A stretch of 60,537 bases of DNA from Escherichia coli (GTDB lineage Bacteria > Pseudomonadota > Gammaproteobacteria > Enterobacterales > Enterobacteriaceae), in the NCBI RefSeq assembly GCF_003334255.1, contig NZ_QOWU01000027.1, one strand, 5' to 3'. Both the position numbers and the translations under genes were made by a program. Every line of letters starts with the position of its first letter. The stretch's first letter is position 1. Under the pieces are notes generated by a model. That model had not been told where the DNA came from, did no database searches, and saw only the letters and a list, made by a program, of their open reading frames with translations. Of this stretch, positions 31,250 through 46,861 are shown piece by piece.

Positions 31250-31420
31250 AAGGAGCGCGCAGGGGGCGGCCAATCGCCGCCGCCCCCTGCACCCCCGGGC
31301 TCTGGCGAACAAAATCGCCGCTGCGCGGTGCCCTCGGCTTATCCCTTACGGCTACCGGGTCGGGCGCGAGGTAACATCCCTGTAAAACGCGCCCTCAGCC
31401 CACATCCATGTGGGCTGCCC
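31250..31420. other. GC-rich noncoding element with two perfect palindromes
   Basis: Hairpin 1 at 31260..31289 (CAGGGGGCGGC-CAATCGCC-GCCGCCCCCTG, 11-bp stem). Hairpin 2 at 31396..31417 (CAGCCCACAT-CC-ATGTGGGCTG, 10-bp stem). Lies between yohP and the dusC 3' end. Confidence 0.5.
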
Positions 31421-31521
31421 CGGCCTTCAGGGAACGCCTCGGCAATTTTGACGCCACCAAACAACCGTGCGGCCTATTGATAAAGAGCTAACACATTGTC
31501 AAAAAACATCACTATGGTTTT

Positions 31522-32469
31522 TTAGAGTTTCTCGATATCAATTGCCTGAATAGCCCTTGCAATATCAGGGGAATTATTCAACACCCGAACATGCTGAAAT
31601 AATTCCGTTGCTTCATCGTATTCTTTACGCAAATAACTCAACCACTGTTTAATCCGCGCAACGTGATATAACCCGGTATCGCCCTGCTTTTCCAGACGGG
31701 TATATTTTTGCAGCAAAGCAACCACCTCCGGCCACGGCATTCGCGGTTCGTTATATTTTACCACCCGGCTCAGGTTGGGAATATTGAGCGCCCCGCGACC
31801 AATCATCACTGCGTCGCAGCCGCTGATCGCCATGCATTGTTGCGCGCTCTGCCAGTCCCAGATTTCACCGTTGGCAATCACCGGAATATTCAGCCGCTGG
31901 CGAATATCGCCAATCGCCTGCCAGTCAATATGCTCCGCGCGGTAACCCTGCTCTTTCGTCCGCCCATGCACCACCAGCTCCGTAGCGCCAGCCTGTTGAA
32001 CCGCATCGGCGATTTCAAATTTCTTCTCACCGCTGTCCCAGCCCAGACGCACTTTCACGCTGACGGGCAAATGCGCCGGTACAGCTTCACGCATCGCTTT
32101 TGCACCCTGGTAGATGAGTTCAGGATCTTTGAGTAACGTCGCCCCGCCGCCGCTACCGTTAACCGTTTTCGACGGGCAGCCGCAATTGAGATCCACGCCC
32201 CAGGAACCTAACTCCACCGCACGGGCGGCGTTCTCTGCCAGCCATTGTGGGAACTGACCTAACAACTGCACGCGCACCAGCGTACCAGATGGTGTCCGGC
32301 TGGCGTTTTGTAGCTCAGGGCAAATGCGATGAAAGACTTTTACCGGCAGCAGTTGATCCACCACGCGGACAAACTCGGTGATGCACAGATCGTAGTCGTT
32401 AACTTCGGTCAGCAATTCACGCACCAGAGAGTCAAGCACTCCCTCCATCGGTGCCAGTAACACACGCAT
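31522..32469 (-). CDS. dusC: DusC, tRNA-dihydrouridine synthase C (315 aa)
   Basis: ORF track 31522..32535 (-); start trimmed to ATG 32469 ([13 protein letters not shown]). Confidence 0.9.
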
Positions 32470-32671
32470 ATCATCACCCGCAAAAAAATGAGGCGCTATG
32501 TTAGCGCCTATGGTCAGCGGATTAAAGGTCTGCAAAGAGGGATTGCTGCAAACTGCAATCCCTCTCTATGCTTGATGTATGCCTGAGTTCGCTGCGCATT
32601 GCGTAATGCCGGGGAGCGAAAAAATAAGCGCTGATTTCTTAATGTGATCGGTAGCACGTTTTACGAATTAA

Positions 32672-33798
<1,127 letters not shown>

Positions 33799-33852
33799 AA
33801 TTTGCGATGCGTCGCGCATTTTTGATGTATGTTTCACGCGTTGCATAATTAA

Positions 33853-33868
33853 TGAGATTCAGATCACA
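33853..33868 (+). promoter_or_regulatory. Candidate CRP site upstream of cdd (TGAGA-N6-TCACA)
   Basis: TGAGATTCAGATCACA, ~60 bp upstream of the cdd ATG; cdd is a classical CRP/CytR-regulated gene. Confidence 0.5.
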
Positions 33869-33927
33869 TATAAAGCCACAACGGGTTCGTAAACTGTTAT
33901 CCCATTACATGATTATGAGGCAACGCC

Positions 33928-35923
<1,996 letters not shown>

Positions 35924-36116
35924 TATTCCCCTCTCCAGTTAATTATTGAGAATAATTATTACTTCACCTGATAAGCTGCGGATATCACATTCCTAACCGC
36001 AGCTATTTGTGAATCTTTTCACAGTTTAAATTCCCCCGCACGCTTAGCCTTAATATCAGTACATTATTATTTACTAAACGCTCGCCTTAATTACCTATAG
36101 CATTAAGGAAGATCAC

Positions 36117-37355
36117 ATGCCGCAACAAAATTATCTGGATGAACTCACTCCGGCTTTTACGTCTTTACTGGCGATTAAAGAAGCCTCTCGCTGTTTATTA
36201 TGTCACGACGCTCCCTGTAGTCAGGCTTGCCCGGCACAGACCGATCCGGGGAAATTTATTCGCTCAATCTACTTTCGTAATTTTAAAGGCGCTGCCGAGA
36301 CAATTCGCGAAAATAATGCCCTCGGTGCCGTTTGTGCCAGAGTGTGCCCGACGGAGAAATTATGCCAAAGCGGTTGTACCCGTGCCGGTGTTGATGCTCC
36401 CATTGATATCGGCCGCTTACAGCGTTTTGTTACTGATTTTGAACAACAAACCGGAATGGAAATTTATCAGCCCGGTACTAAAACGCTCGGCAAAGTCGCG
36501 ATTATTGGCGCAGGTCCTGCCGGATTGCAGGCCAGTGTGACACTGACAAACCAGGGTTATGACGTCACGATTTATGAGAAAGAAGCGCACCCCGGTGGCT
36601 GGTTGCGTAACGGTATTCCGCAATTCCGGTTACCGCAATCAGTGCTGGATGCAGAGATCGCCCGTATTGAAAAAATGGGCGTGACCATTAAGTGCAACAA
36701 CGAAGTCGGTAACACACTCACCCTTGAGCAGCTGAAAGCAGAAAACCGCGCGGTACTGGTCACCGTGGGGTTATCAAGCGGTTCCGGGCTACCGCTGTTT
36801 GAGCATAGTGACGTTGAGATTGCCGTCGACTTCTTGCAACGTGCACGACAGGCGCAAGGCGATATCAGCATTCCACAAAGCGCATTAATTATCGGCGGCG
36901 GTGATGTCGCGATGGACGTAGCCAGCACGCTGAAAGTTCTCGGCTGTCAGGCGGTAACTTGCGTAGCGCGTGAAGAGTTAGATGAGTTTCCGGCAAGCGA
37001 AAAAGAGTTTACCAGCGCCCGGGAGCTGGGCGTTTCGATCATCGATGGATTCACGCCAGTAGCCGTGGAAGGCAATAAAGTCACGTTTAAGCATGTACGG
37101 TTATCGGGCGAACTGACGATGGCGGCAGATAAAATTATTCTCGCCGTCGGTCAGCATGCCAGACTAGATGCCTTTGCGGAGTTAGAGCCGCAGCGTAACA
37201 CCATCAAAACACAAAATTACCAGACCCGCGACCCGCAAGTCTTTGCTGCTGGCGATATTGTTGAGGGTGACAAAACCGTGGTCTATGCCGTGAAAACCGG
37301 GAAAGAAGCCGCCGAGGCGATTCATCACTATTTAGAGGGAGCTTGCTCATGTTAA
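36117..37355 (+). CDS. preT: PreT, NAD-dependent dihydropyrimidine dehydrogenase subunit (412 aa)
   Basis: ORF 36117..37355; AAGGAAG SD; FAD/NAD Rossmann motif IIGAGPAGL. Confidence 0.92.
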   Translation: MPQQNYLDELTPAFTSLLAIKEASRCLLCHDAPCSQACPAQTDPGKFIRSIYFRNFKGAAETIRENNALGAVCARVCPTEKLCQSGCTRAGVDAPIDIGRLQRFVTDFEQQTGMEIYQPGTKTLGKVAIIGAGPAGLQASVTLTNQGYDVTIYEKEAHPGGWLRNGIPQFRLPQSVLDAEIARIEKMGVTIKCNNEVGNTLTLEQLKAENRAVLVTVGLSSGSGLPLFEHSDVEIAVDFLQRARQAQGDISIPQSALIIGGGDVAMDVASTLKVLGCQAVTCVAREELDEFPASEKEFTSARELGVSIIDGFTPVAVEGNKVTFKHVRLSGELTMAADKIILAVGQHARLDAFAELEPQRNTIKTQNYQTRDPQVFAAGDIVEGDKTVVYAVKTGKEAAEAIHHYLEGACSC

Positions 37356-38584
37356 CGAAAGATCTTTCGATTACTTTTTGCGGCGTGAAGTTTCCCAACC
37401 CGTTCTGCCTCTCTTCTTCGCCGGTAGGCAACTGCTATGAGATGTGTGCCAAAGCCTACGACACAGGTTGGGGCGGTGTGGTGTTTAAAACGATCGGCTT
37501 TTTTATCGCCAACGAAGTCTCGCCGCGTTTTGATCATCTGGTGAAAGAAGATACCGGTTTTATCGGCTTCAAAAATATGGAGCAGATTGCTGAACATCCG
37601 TTGGAAGAGAATCTGGCCGCCCTGCGTCGGCTGAAGGAAGATTACCCGGACAAAGTATTGATCGCTTCGATCATGGGGGAAAATGAGCAGCAATGGGAGG
37701 AGCTGGCGCGCCTGGTGCAAGAAGCTGGCGCGGATATGATCGAGTGTAACTTCTCCTGTCCGCAAATGACTTCTCATGCGATGGGTAGCGATGTCGGGCA
37801 AAGCCCGGAGCTGGTAGAAAAATATTGTCGGGCAGTGAAACGGGGTTCCACGCTGCCAATGCTGGCGAAGATGACGCCGAATATCGGTGATATGTGCGAA
37901 GTGGCGCTGGCGGCGAAGCGCGGCGGCGCAGATGGCATTGCGGCGATTAACACCGTTAAATCCATCACCAATATCGATCTTAATCAGAAAATCGGTATGC
38001 CGATCGTTAACGGAAAATCGAGTATTTCCGGATATTCCGGTAAAGCGGTAAAACCGATCGCCCTGCGCTTCATTCAGCAAATGCGCACCCATCCAGAACT
38101 GCGCGATTTCCCAATCAGCGGTATCGGCGGCATTGAAACCTGGGAGGATGCGGCTGAGTTTTTATTGCTCGGCGCAGCAACGTTACAGGTGACCACCGGC
38201 ATCATGCAGTACGGGTATCGGATAGTGGAAGATATGGCAAGCGGGTTGTCGCATTATCTCGCCGATCAGGGATTTGATTCGCTGCAGGAGATGGTAGGTC
38301 TGGCGAATAACAATATTGTCCCGGCGGAAGATTTAGACCGCAGTTATATTGTCTATCCCCGTATCAATCTTGATAAATGTGTTGGCTGTGGACGCTGTTA
38401 TATTTCCTGTTACGACGGCGGTCACCAGGCGATGGAATGGAGCGAGAAAACCCGCACACCGCATTGTAATACCGAGAAATGTGTGGGTTGTCTGCTTTGT
38501 GGTCACGTCTGCCCGGTGGGTTGTATTGAGCTCGGGGAAGTGAAGTTTAAGAAAGGCGAGAAAGAACACCCGGTAACGTTGTAA
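37349..38584 (+). CDS. preA: PreA, dihydropyrimidine dehydrogenase subunit with C-terminal 4Fe-4S ferredoxin motifs (411 aa)
   Basis: ORF track 37343..38584; start ATG 37349 overlaps the preT stop by 7 nt; [11 protein letters not shown] and [12 protein letters not shown] motifs. Confidence 0.9.
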   Translation: MLTKDLSITFCGVKFPNPFCLSSSPVGNCYEMCAKAYDTGWGGVVFKTIGFFIANEVSPRFDHLVKEDTGFIGFKNMEQIAEHPLEENLAALRRLKEDYPDKVLIASIMGENEQQWEELARLVQEAGADMIECNFSCPQMTSHAMGSDVGQSPELVEKYCRAVKRGSTLPMLAKMTPNIGDMCEVALAAKRGGADGIAAINTVKSITNIDLNQKIGMPIVNGKSSISGYSGKAVKPIALRFIQQMRTHPELRDFPISGIGGIETWEDAAEFLLLGAATLQVTTGIMQYGYRIVEDMASGLSHYLADQGFDSLQEMVGLANNNIVPAEDLDRSYIVYPRINLDKCVGCGRCYISCYDGGHQAMEWSEKTRTPHCNTEKCVGCLLCGHVCPVGCIELGEVKFKKGEKEHPVTL

Positions 38585-38591
38585 AACCAGA

Positions 38592-38775
38592 GACGCATCC
38601 GGCATTTGGTTCCTGTCGCCGGATGCGGCTTGAACGCCTTATCCGGCCTACAAAACCATACAAATCAGTATGTTGAGCTTATTGTAGGCCGGATAAAACG
38701 CGCCAGCGTTGCATCCGGCATTTGGCTCCTGTTGCCGGATGCGGCGTGAACGCCTTATCCGGCCTACAAAACCAC
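38592..38775. repeat. BIME cluster (several REP units in alternating orientation)
   Basis: Repeated GCCGGATGCGGC(T/G)TGAACGCCTTATCCGGCCTACAAAACC units and inverted copies between preA and mglC. Confidence 0.88.
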
Positions 38776-38826
38776 ACAGATCATGATGTTATGTGCGTTT
38801 ATGACCGAATGCGGACCACATTCACA

Positions 38827-39837
38827 TCATTTCTTACGCGCGTATTTCAGTGAATCCAGCGCTACGGCGAAGATAATAATCGCCCCTTTGATGATGTACT
38901 GCCAGTATGGGTTTACGCCGATATACGTCAGGCCATAGTTGATGACGGTAAAAATAATTACCCCGGTCACCACGCCAATCACCGTCCCCACACCGCCGCT
39001 GAACGATACACCGCCTACCACGCACGCCGCGATAGCATCCAGCTCATACATAAAGCCGAGGTTGTTGGTGGCAGAGCCGATACGTCCGGCTTCTAACATC
39101 CCGCCAAAGGCATAGAACACGCCAGACAACGCGTAGATCATCAGCAGGTTCAGGCCGACGTTGACACCAGATACTTTTGCCGCTTCCGGGTTACCGCCAA
39201 TGGCAAAAATGTTCTTACCGAAGCGGGTTTTGTTCCACAACACCCAGACGAACGCCACCGCAATCAACGCGTAGAAGGTGATGTAAGAGAGACGGAAACT
39301 CCCCAGCGCGACAAAGCCCTGAGCAAAGGTAGAGAAGCCACTGTCAAAACCAGAAATTGGCGACGCCCCGACAAAGTCGTAATAGAGCGAGTTGATGCCA
39401 TAGACGATGATCATCGTGCCGAGCGTGGTAATGAACGGCGTCACGTTGAGATAAGCGATAATCAGACCGTTGATCAAACCGATCACCGCACCAATGGCAC
39501 AGACAATCAGAATAACCAGCGCAATCGGCATCGTCGCCATTTCCGGGAACACTTTGTTGGCGTTATCCATGGACTGCAATAATGTCGCAGCCACCACTGC
39601 CGCCAGCCCTACCTGACGACCAGCAGAAAGATCGGTCCCCTGGGTGACAATTAACCCTGCCACACCGAGCGCGATAATAATACGCACCGATGACTGGGTG
39701 AGAATATTACTTAAGTTCAACAGACTTAAAAATGTTGGGTCCTGGAAAATAATAATCGCCAGCAAAACTAAAAGAACGACGTAAATACCGCCCTCTTTCA
39801 GGTAAGTAAGAAAACTTTTCTTATTTAACGCACTCAT
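38827..39837 (-). CDS. mglC: MglC, galactose/methyl-galactoside ABC transporter permease (336 aa)
   Basis: ORF 38827..39837 (-). Confidence 0.93.
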   Translation of the reverse strand: MSALNKKSFLTYLKEGGIYVVLLVLLAIIIFQDPTFLSLLNLSNILTQSSVRIIIALGVAGLIVTQGTDLSAGRQVGLAAVVAATLLQSMDNANKVFPEMATMPIALVILIVCAIGAVIGLINGLIIAYLNVTPFITTLGTMIIVYGINSLYYDFVGASPISGFDSGFSTFAQGFVALGSFRLSYITFYALIAVAFVWVLWNKTRFGKNIFAIGGNPEAAKVSGVNVGLNLLMIYALSGVFYAFGGMLEAGRIGSATNNLGFMYELDAIAACVVGGVSFSGGVGTVIGVVTGVIIFTVINYGLTYIGVNPYWQYIIKGAIIIFAVALDSLKYARKK

Positions 39838-39852
39838 GGGAAGCCCCTAATC

Positions 39853-41373
39853 TTAAAGGTGCAAAGACGCAAGACGCAGAATTTCGTTTTGCGTTGTTGT
39901 TTTTGTATCGACAATTCCGGAAACGAGACCATTGCTCATGACCAGAATACGGTCTGTTATCCCTAACAACTCAGGCATTTCAGAGGAGATAATAATAATC
40001 CCCTTGCCTTTCTTCGCCAGTTCGGCAATTAACTGATAAATTTCAAACTTCGCCCCGACATCAATACCGCGCGTCGGTTCATCGAGCATTAATATTTCTG
40101 GTTGCGTTAGTAGCCAGCGACCAATAATCACCTTTTGCTGATTACCACCGGAGAGCGAACCAATTTGCGTCCGATGACCCGGCGTTTTTACCCGCATCGA
40201 ATCAATCACCCACTGGGTATCGCTTTTCATCCGCGAGTTATCCAGTAAACCAACTTTATTTTTGTAGTTGCGAATATTGGAAATTAACGAGTTAAAACCA
40301 ATATCCAGATAGGCATAAATTCCCGTTGAGCGGCGCTCCTCAGTTACCAGTGCAAATCCATGGTTTATGGCTTCGTTGGCATTATGGTTATTGATCTGTT
40401 TGCCGTGCAACGTTATGGTGCCAGCCGATTTCTCGCGAATACCAAATAACGTCTCAACAATATCGGTACGTTTCGCCCCCACCAGACCGGCAATACCGAG
40501 GATCTCCCCTTTATGCAGATCAAACGAGACATCGCGAATCGACGGCTGGCGCAGTGACGTCAGGTTACGTACCTCGAGGATGACTTCGCCCGGTTTGTTT
40601 TCTTTGTCAGGGAAACGCTGGTTAAGAGAACGCCCAACCATCATGGCGATGATCTTGTCCATCGTCAGTCCTGCCAGCGGTTCGGTGGCGATCCACTGAC
40701 CGTCGCGCAATACGGTAACTTCATCACATAACTGGAAGATTTCTTCCATTTTATGCGAGATATAAACAATACCGCAGCCGCGCTCTTTTAATTTACGAAT
40801 AATAGTGAACAGATGATTGACCTCTTTTTCGGTTAACGAAGAAGTCGGTTCATCCATAATCACAATTTTCGCGTTATAGGAAAACGCTTTGGCGATTTCG
40901 ATCATCTGCATTTGCGAAACGGATAATGTGCCGACGCGCGCACGCGGATCGATATCAATATCCAGTTCGTCAAAAATCGCTTTGGTTTCGCGGTACATTT
41001 TGTCCTGATCGACAAACATGCCTTTGGTGGGATATCGCCCCAGCCACATGTTATCCATCACCGAACGTTGTAATACCAGGTTTAACTCCTGGTGTACCAT
41101 CGAAATACCATTTTCCAGGGCTTCTTTTGCAGAATGGAAATCGATCTCTTTACCCTGGAATAAAATGGTGCCGGAGTCTTTTTGATAAATACCAAACAGG
41201 CATTTTAATAATGTCGATTTTCCTGCACCGTTTTCCCCCATTAATGCATGGATAGAATGTGGCCGGACTTTTAAATTAACGTTATCAAGTGCCTTAACAC
41301 CAGGAAAGGACTTGTTGATACCGCTCATTTCCAACAAGTATTCCCCGGAGGACGGAGTCGTTGAGCTGACCAT
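39853..41373 (-). CDS. mglA: MglA, galactose ABC transporter ATP-binding protein with duplicated ABC domains (506 aa)
   Basis: ORF 39853..41373 (-); two Walker A motifs ([18 protein letters not shown]). Confidence 0.93.
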
Positions 41374-41433
41374 ATAATTTTACCTTGTTGGCCATACAAT
41401 AAGGGCGCAGTAATAGACTGCGCCCAATCAGTC

Positions 41434-42432
41434 TTATTTCTTGCTGAATTCAGCCAGGTTGTCTTTATCTACGCCAACATAAGGTACGCGGACCACTTTG
41501 TTGTCGATTTTCCAGTTGGTGCCATCAGCCGCACCTTTACCATCGGCCAGGTTTTTCGCCAGATCAAAGGTCGCTTTCGCCTGGTTGTTAGCATCGTTCA
41601 GTACGGTGCCCGCCAGTGCACCGGATTTCACCAGCGCCAGCGCTTCTGGCAGCGCATCGACGCCAAACACCGGAATGCTGGACTTGTTGTGTGCTTTCAG
41701 CGCTTCAACCGCGCCCATTGCCATCGCATCGTTGTTGGCGATAACCACTTCGATTTTGTTGGCGTTCGGGCCAGACAGCCAGGCGTCCATCTTATCTTTC
41801 GCCTGAGCGGTGTCCCACATTGCGGTATCTAACTGTAACTGTTCAGTTTTGATGCCTTTATCGTTCAATTCTTTAATCACGTAAGTGGTACGTGCTTCTG
41901 CATCCGGATGGCCCGGTTCACCTTTCAGCAGTACGAACTGAATCTGACCGTCTTTGTTCAGATCCCAACCCTGATTCGCCGCCCAGTGTTTAGCAATCAA
42001 ATCGCCTTGAATAATGCCGGACTCTTTGGAGTCAGTGCCAACGTAGTAGGCTTTGTCGTAGCTATCCAGCGCCTTACGAGACGGTTCTTTGTTGAAGAAA
42101 ACCACCGGCACGTTTTGCCCACGCGCTTTCTCAATCACCGTACCCGCAGCTGCCGGGTCAACCAGGTTGATTGCCAGTGCCTTCACCCCTTTCGCCAGCA
42201 ATACGTCGATCTGATCGTTCTGCTTGGACTGGTCATTCTGAGAATCATTCATCAGCAGCTGAACATCTGGCGCGGCTTTCGCATCTTGCTCAATAGCCTT
42301 GCGCACTACAGACATAAAGTTATCGTCGTACTTATAGATTGTTACACCAATGCGAGTATCAGCAGCGTGTGCAGCGGCACCGAATAACATGCTGGCCATC
42401 ACAGCAGACAGGGTTAACACCTTCTTATTCAT
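41434..42432 (-). CDS. mglB: MglB, periplasmic D-galactose/D-glucose-binding protein (332 aa)
   Basis: ORF 41434..42432 (-); signal peptide [23 protein letters not shown]. Confidence 0.93.
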   Translation of the reverse strand: MNKKVLTLSAVMASMLFGAAAHAADTRIGVTIYKYDDNFMSVVRKAIEQDAKAAPDVQLLMNDSQNDQSKQNDQIDVLLAKGVKALAINLVDPAAAGTVIEKARGQNVPVVFFNKEPSRKALDSYDKAYYVGTDSKESGIIQGDLIAKHWAANQGWDLNKDGQIQFVLLKGEPGHPDAEARTTYVIKELNDKGIKTEQLQLDTAMWDTAQAKDKMDAWLSGPNANKIEVVIANNDAMAMGAVEALKAHNKSSIPVFGVDALPEALALVKSGALAGTVLNDANNQAKATFDLAKNLADGKGAADGTNWKIDNKVVRVPYVGVDKDNLAEFSKK

Positions 42433-42683
42433 GGTATCTCCGGTTTTTCTTATGCAGGGTAGTGCTTGAGATAAATGCTCGGCGGGGCAGTAGAGTTAAT
42501 GAAGTGTTACTGAACGCCGAAGCTCACTTTTTAAAATTCGTTCTTCCATGCCCGGTAACGCTCCAGAAAACGGCTTTAATTGTTGTTATGACGCTGTTAC
42601 CTCGGCAAAAGTGATTATTCACTGTTACATACGGGTTACAACGTTAAAACGGTGCAATCATAGCTATCACATTGTTAAGATAC

Positions 42684-42699
42684 TGTGAAATCACTCACA
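42684..42699 (-). promoter_or_regulatory. Consensus CRP site (TGTGA-N6-TCACA) in the mglB upstream region
   Basis: TGTGAAATCACTCACA is a perfect match to both CRP half-sites. An adjacent TGAAAGCGGTTACA resembles a GalR/GalS operator half-palindrome. Confidence 0.6.
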
Positions 42700-42711
42700 G
42701 ATTGAAAGCGG

Positions 42712-43752
42712 TTACATCGCCTGATTTGTTGAGTTAGTGATCGCCGCCGCATTCTGGCGTGTTGCGACAGAATGGCGACGCACTAACGTCGGCATAAAAC
42801 AGTGGCTGGCACGAGGATCAATATTGCCTGCTGCCCCCTGCAAGGCCAGTTCGGTGGCTAATTTCGCCATTGAAGCAATGGGATAACGCACGGTCGTTAA
42901 TTGCGGGTCGGTGTAACGGGCGATGGGAATATCATCGAAACCGATGATTGAGAGATGTAACGGAATCGCAATGCCATTATCTTTTAATGCTGTCAGTGCG
43001 CCAGCGGCCATATTGTCGTTATAAGCAAATACAGCGGTAAGTTGTAGATTGCGCCCCAGCAGTTCAACCATCGCCGCCTCACCGCCCGGCATGTCCGGCG
43101 TACCAGCGCCAATCCAGCTTTCCGGCGGAATAATATCCTGCTCTTTCAACGCACTCATCCAGCCTGCTTTACGCATGGCGTCATCTTCAATGCCGTGGCT
43201 GGAAGAAAGATAACCAATACGTTGATGACCGTTATTCAGCAACATGCGCGTCGCCATTCGGGCACCGCTGAGATTATCCAGGCAAACGCAACGATGGGCG
43301 TACCCCGGCACAACGCGGTTGATTAACACCATACCGGGAATGTTATCCATAAATTGCGCCAGTTCATCGTCACTCAATGCTTTTGAGTGAACAATCAACG
43401 CATTACAACGCTGGCGAATTAACACCTCAATGGCGTGACGCTCTTTTTCCGCTTCATGATAGCTATTGCCGATTAGCACGTATTTCTGATGCTGCTGAGC
43501 GACCAGATCCACCGCTTTTACCAGCGCGCCGAAAAACGCATCAGAAACGTCCATCACCACCACGCCAATGGTGTCGCTAACCTGAGTTGCCAGCGCCTGG
43601 GCATTGGCGTTTGGCCGATAATCCAGCTCACTCACGGCTTTCATTACTGCTTCACGCGTGTCGGCACTGACCAGCGTGCTGTTATTGAGCACCCGGGAAA
43701 CCGTTGCCACAGAGACGCCAGCCTGACGCGCTACATCACGAATGGTGATCAT
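42712..43752 (-). CDS. galS: GalS, LacI/GalR-family repressor of the mgl/gal regulon (346 aa)
   Basis: ORF track 42712..43758 (-); start trimmed to ATG 43752 ([26 protein letters not shown]). Confidence 0.92.
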
Positions 43753-43832
43753 ATTCACTACCTGTTATGAGATTGCAGTAAATGACTGCTTGCTGGCGGC
43801 TATTTTGTCAGCACTGAATACAGGACTTCGTG

Positions 43833-43864
43833 AATCGAGTCACAGCAATGGAAACGGTTACAGC
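43833..43864 (-). promoter_or_regulatory. galS promoter region: CRP-like site plus GalR/GalS-type operator
   Basis: CGTGAATCGAGTCACA (CRP-like) immediately followed by ATGGAAACGGTTACAG, which matches the TG-AA-CG-TT-CA operator core; ~80-110 bp upstream of the galS ATG. Confidence 0.5.
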
Positions 43865-43893
43865 CGTTTTGTTAACGAATGTGATCCAGATCG

Positions 43894-45051
43894 TTATCTT
43901 GATGTTTTAGATATTGCCGGTCCGGCAGCACGCAAAGTTAACTGACGCCAGAGCCATTCCACCGGCCCCTGGCGGAAGTAACGCAGCCAGATAACAGAGA
44001 AGAGGATATTCGCCAGCCATACCGGAATAACAAACGCCAGCAGCTCCAGGCGGTCAAAATGCATAAACAAACCGAGGTGGTAAAAAAGCGTGGTACAAAT
44101 CAGCGTTTGCAATAGATAGTTGGTCAGCGCCATCCGTCCGACGCAGGCGATCGCAAGCACCAGCTTAAAGCGGCTCAATTGCGGCCAGAAGCCATAAAAC
44201 AGCGACGCATAGCCAATCGCCTGAAACGGCGCACTCAGTTCCCGCGGCATTTGAAGTAAGAAGGCACACCAGCGATACGCCCAGTCCAGCTGCCATTGCA
44301 GGGCGATGGCAGGAAGGTTAATGGTCACCCCAATCGCCACCAGCACAAAACCAGTACGACGATAGTGACGTAAGCTGAACTGCCCTTTCAGCCAGCCGCT
44401 GCGCATCAGCGCCGCACCAATGAGCATCATCCCTGCCAGTTGCCAGCCATACTGTGCGCCCAGTGCCAGTAAACTGTTGCCAACACCATCGGCACGATTA
44501 CTGATCGCTTCAACGCCGCCGTGAAGCTTCCAGTATTTTTCATACAAAATAGCCGATGCATCCGGCGTCCAGGCGCGGCTGGTCTGGCTGTCGGAAATCA
44601 GCCCCAATAACAGCAAAACGCCAAGCCCCACCAGATAAAGCATGACGCCTGTATTAAACAGGCTTTTTACCGATGGCGCATCGCGCACCAGCCGCCAGCA
44701 GATTAAGCCCACCAGCCCGTAAGCCAGCAAAATATCGCCGTCCCAGAACAATAAACCGTGAATAAAGCCCAACAAGACTAACAGCGTTAACCGCGACTGG
44801 ATCCAGCGTCTGCCACGGGGCAGCAACATTTGCAGGCCCGCACCAAACAGTAGCGCAAAAAGCGTGAGGAATTTCACCTGGCCGATGAGATCAAGAAATG
44901 CCCAAGTCCATGCATCCCGCGGCGTAATAGCACCGTACCAGGCGGGATTGAGATAAGCCGCCTTTGGTAGCCCAAAGGCGCTGATGTTTAATAGCAGGAT
45001 CCCCAGAATGGCGACGCCGCGAACAAAATCGAGCGTGACGTTGCGCTCCAT
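43894..45051 (-). CDS. yeiB: YeiB, DUF418-family inner membrane protein (385 aa)
   Basis: ORF 43894..45051 (-); 16 nt downstream of folE, likely co-transcribed. Confidence 0.9.
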   Translation of the reverse strand: MERNVTLDFVRGVAILGILLLNISAFGLPKAAYLNPAWYGAITPRDAWTWAFLDLIGQVKFLTLFALLFGAGLQMLLPRGRRWIQSRLTLLVLLGFIHGLLFWDGDILLAYGLVGLICWRLVRDAPSVKSLFNTGVMLYLVGLGVLLLLGLISDSQTSRAWTPDASAILYEKYWKLHGGVEAISNRADGVGNSLLALGAQYGWQLAGMMLIGAALMRSGWLKGQFSLRHYRRTGFVLVAIGVTINLPAIALQWQLDWAYRWCAFLLQMPRELSAPFQAIGYASLFYGFWPQLSRFKLVLAIACVGRMALTNYLLQTLICTTLFYHLGLFMHFDRLELLAFVIPVWLANILFSVIWLRYFRQGPVEWLWRQLTLRAAGPAISKTSR

Positions 45052-45067
45052 GGTTCCTGCCTTTTAA

Positions 45068-45736
45068 TCAGTTGTGATGACGCACAGCGCGCAGAAACTC
45101 GTGGCGCGTATTCTGACTGGATTTGAACAATCCACCAAGAGAGGTCGTTGTCGTGGCACTGGTTGCATCGCGGATGCCACGCGCCTTCACGCAGTAATGC
45201 ACCGCGTCGATCGAGACAGCCACGTTATTGGTGCCCAGCAGCGTTTGTAGCGCAATAAGAATTTGCTGCGTCAGACGTTCCTGCACCTGCGGACGCTGGG
45301 CAAAGAACTGCACAATGCGGTTAATTTTTGACAGACCGATCACCGAATCTTTCGGGATATAGGCCACCGTCGCTTTGCCATCGATGGTAACAAAATGGTG
45401 TTCACAGGTGCTGGTCAGAGTGATATCGCGCACGGTGACCATTTCATCGACCTTCATTTTGTTTTCAATGAGGGTGATTTTCGGGAAATTGGCGTAATCC
45501 AGACCGGAGAAAATTTCATCGACATACATTTTAGCGATGCGATGCGGCGTTTCCATCAAACTGTCATCAGCCAGGTCGAGATTCAGCAGCTGCATGATTT
45601 CGGTCATATGACCAGCAATAAGGCTTTTGCGCGTTTCGTTATCCATTTCATGCACGGGCGGGCGCAGCGGTGTTTCCAGTCCTCGCGCAACTAACGCTTC
45701 ATGAACCAGGGCCGCTTCTTTACTGAGTGATGGCAT
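45068..45736 (-). CDS. folE: FolE, GTP cyclohydrolase I (222 aa)
   Basis: ORF 45068..45736 (-). Confidence 0.93.
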
Positions 45737-45960
45737 TTATGATTTCTCCTGCAGGTGTGACGCCTCCGCCCTGCGTGGGGGCAAAGTTATTAAGCTGATT
45801 TACAGCCTGATTATTGTGCGTGAGGCGGCGCACATAATCCAGTATTCACAGCGATAATTATTGTAATTGCCGCTGCCTTTCATCAGCAGATGTTAAAACA
45901 TCGTTATGCAAATACGGAAGTGAAAGTTACTCACAGCACATTGAATAAACGGTATGATGA

Positions 45961-46830
<870 letters not shown>

Positions 46831-46861
46831 AAGTCCGCCCGGTTCGCCGGGCATCTTCTCA

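Noticed and set aside
31220-31480. 86-aa ORF (+) in the yohP-dusC intergenic region
   Set aside because: Pro/Gly/Arg-rich translation of GC-rich palindromic DNA with no SD; treated as a noncoding structured element instead.
37352-38092. 246-aa ORF on the - strand
   Set aside because: Antisense to preA, with no SD or domain signal; the sense-strand gene explains the region.
38592-38775. Possible CRISPR array suggested by regularly repeated ~35-bp units
   Set aside because: The units are imperfect palindromes in alternating orientation matching the REP/BIME consensus, not direct repeats with unique spacers. No cas genes are present.
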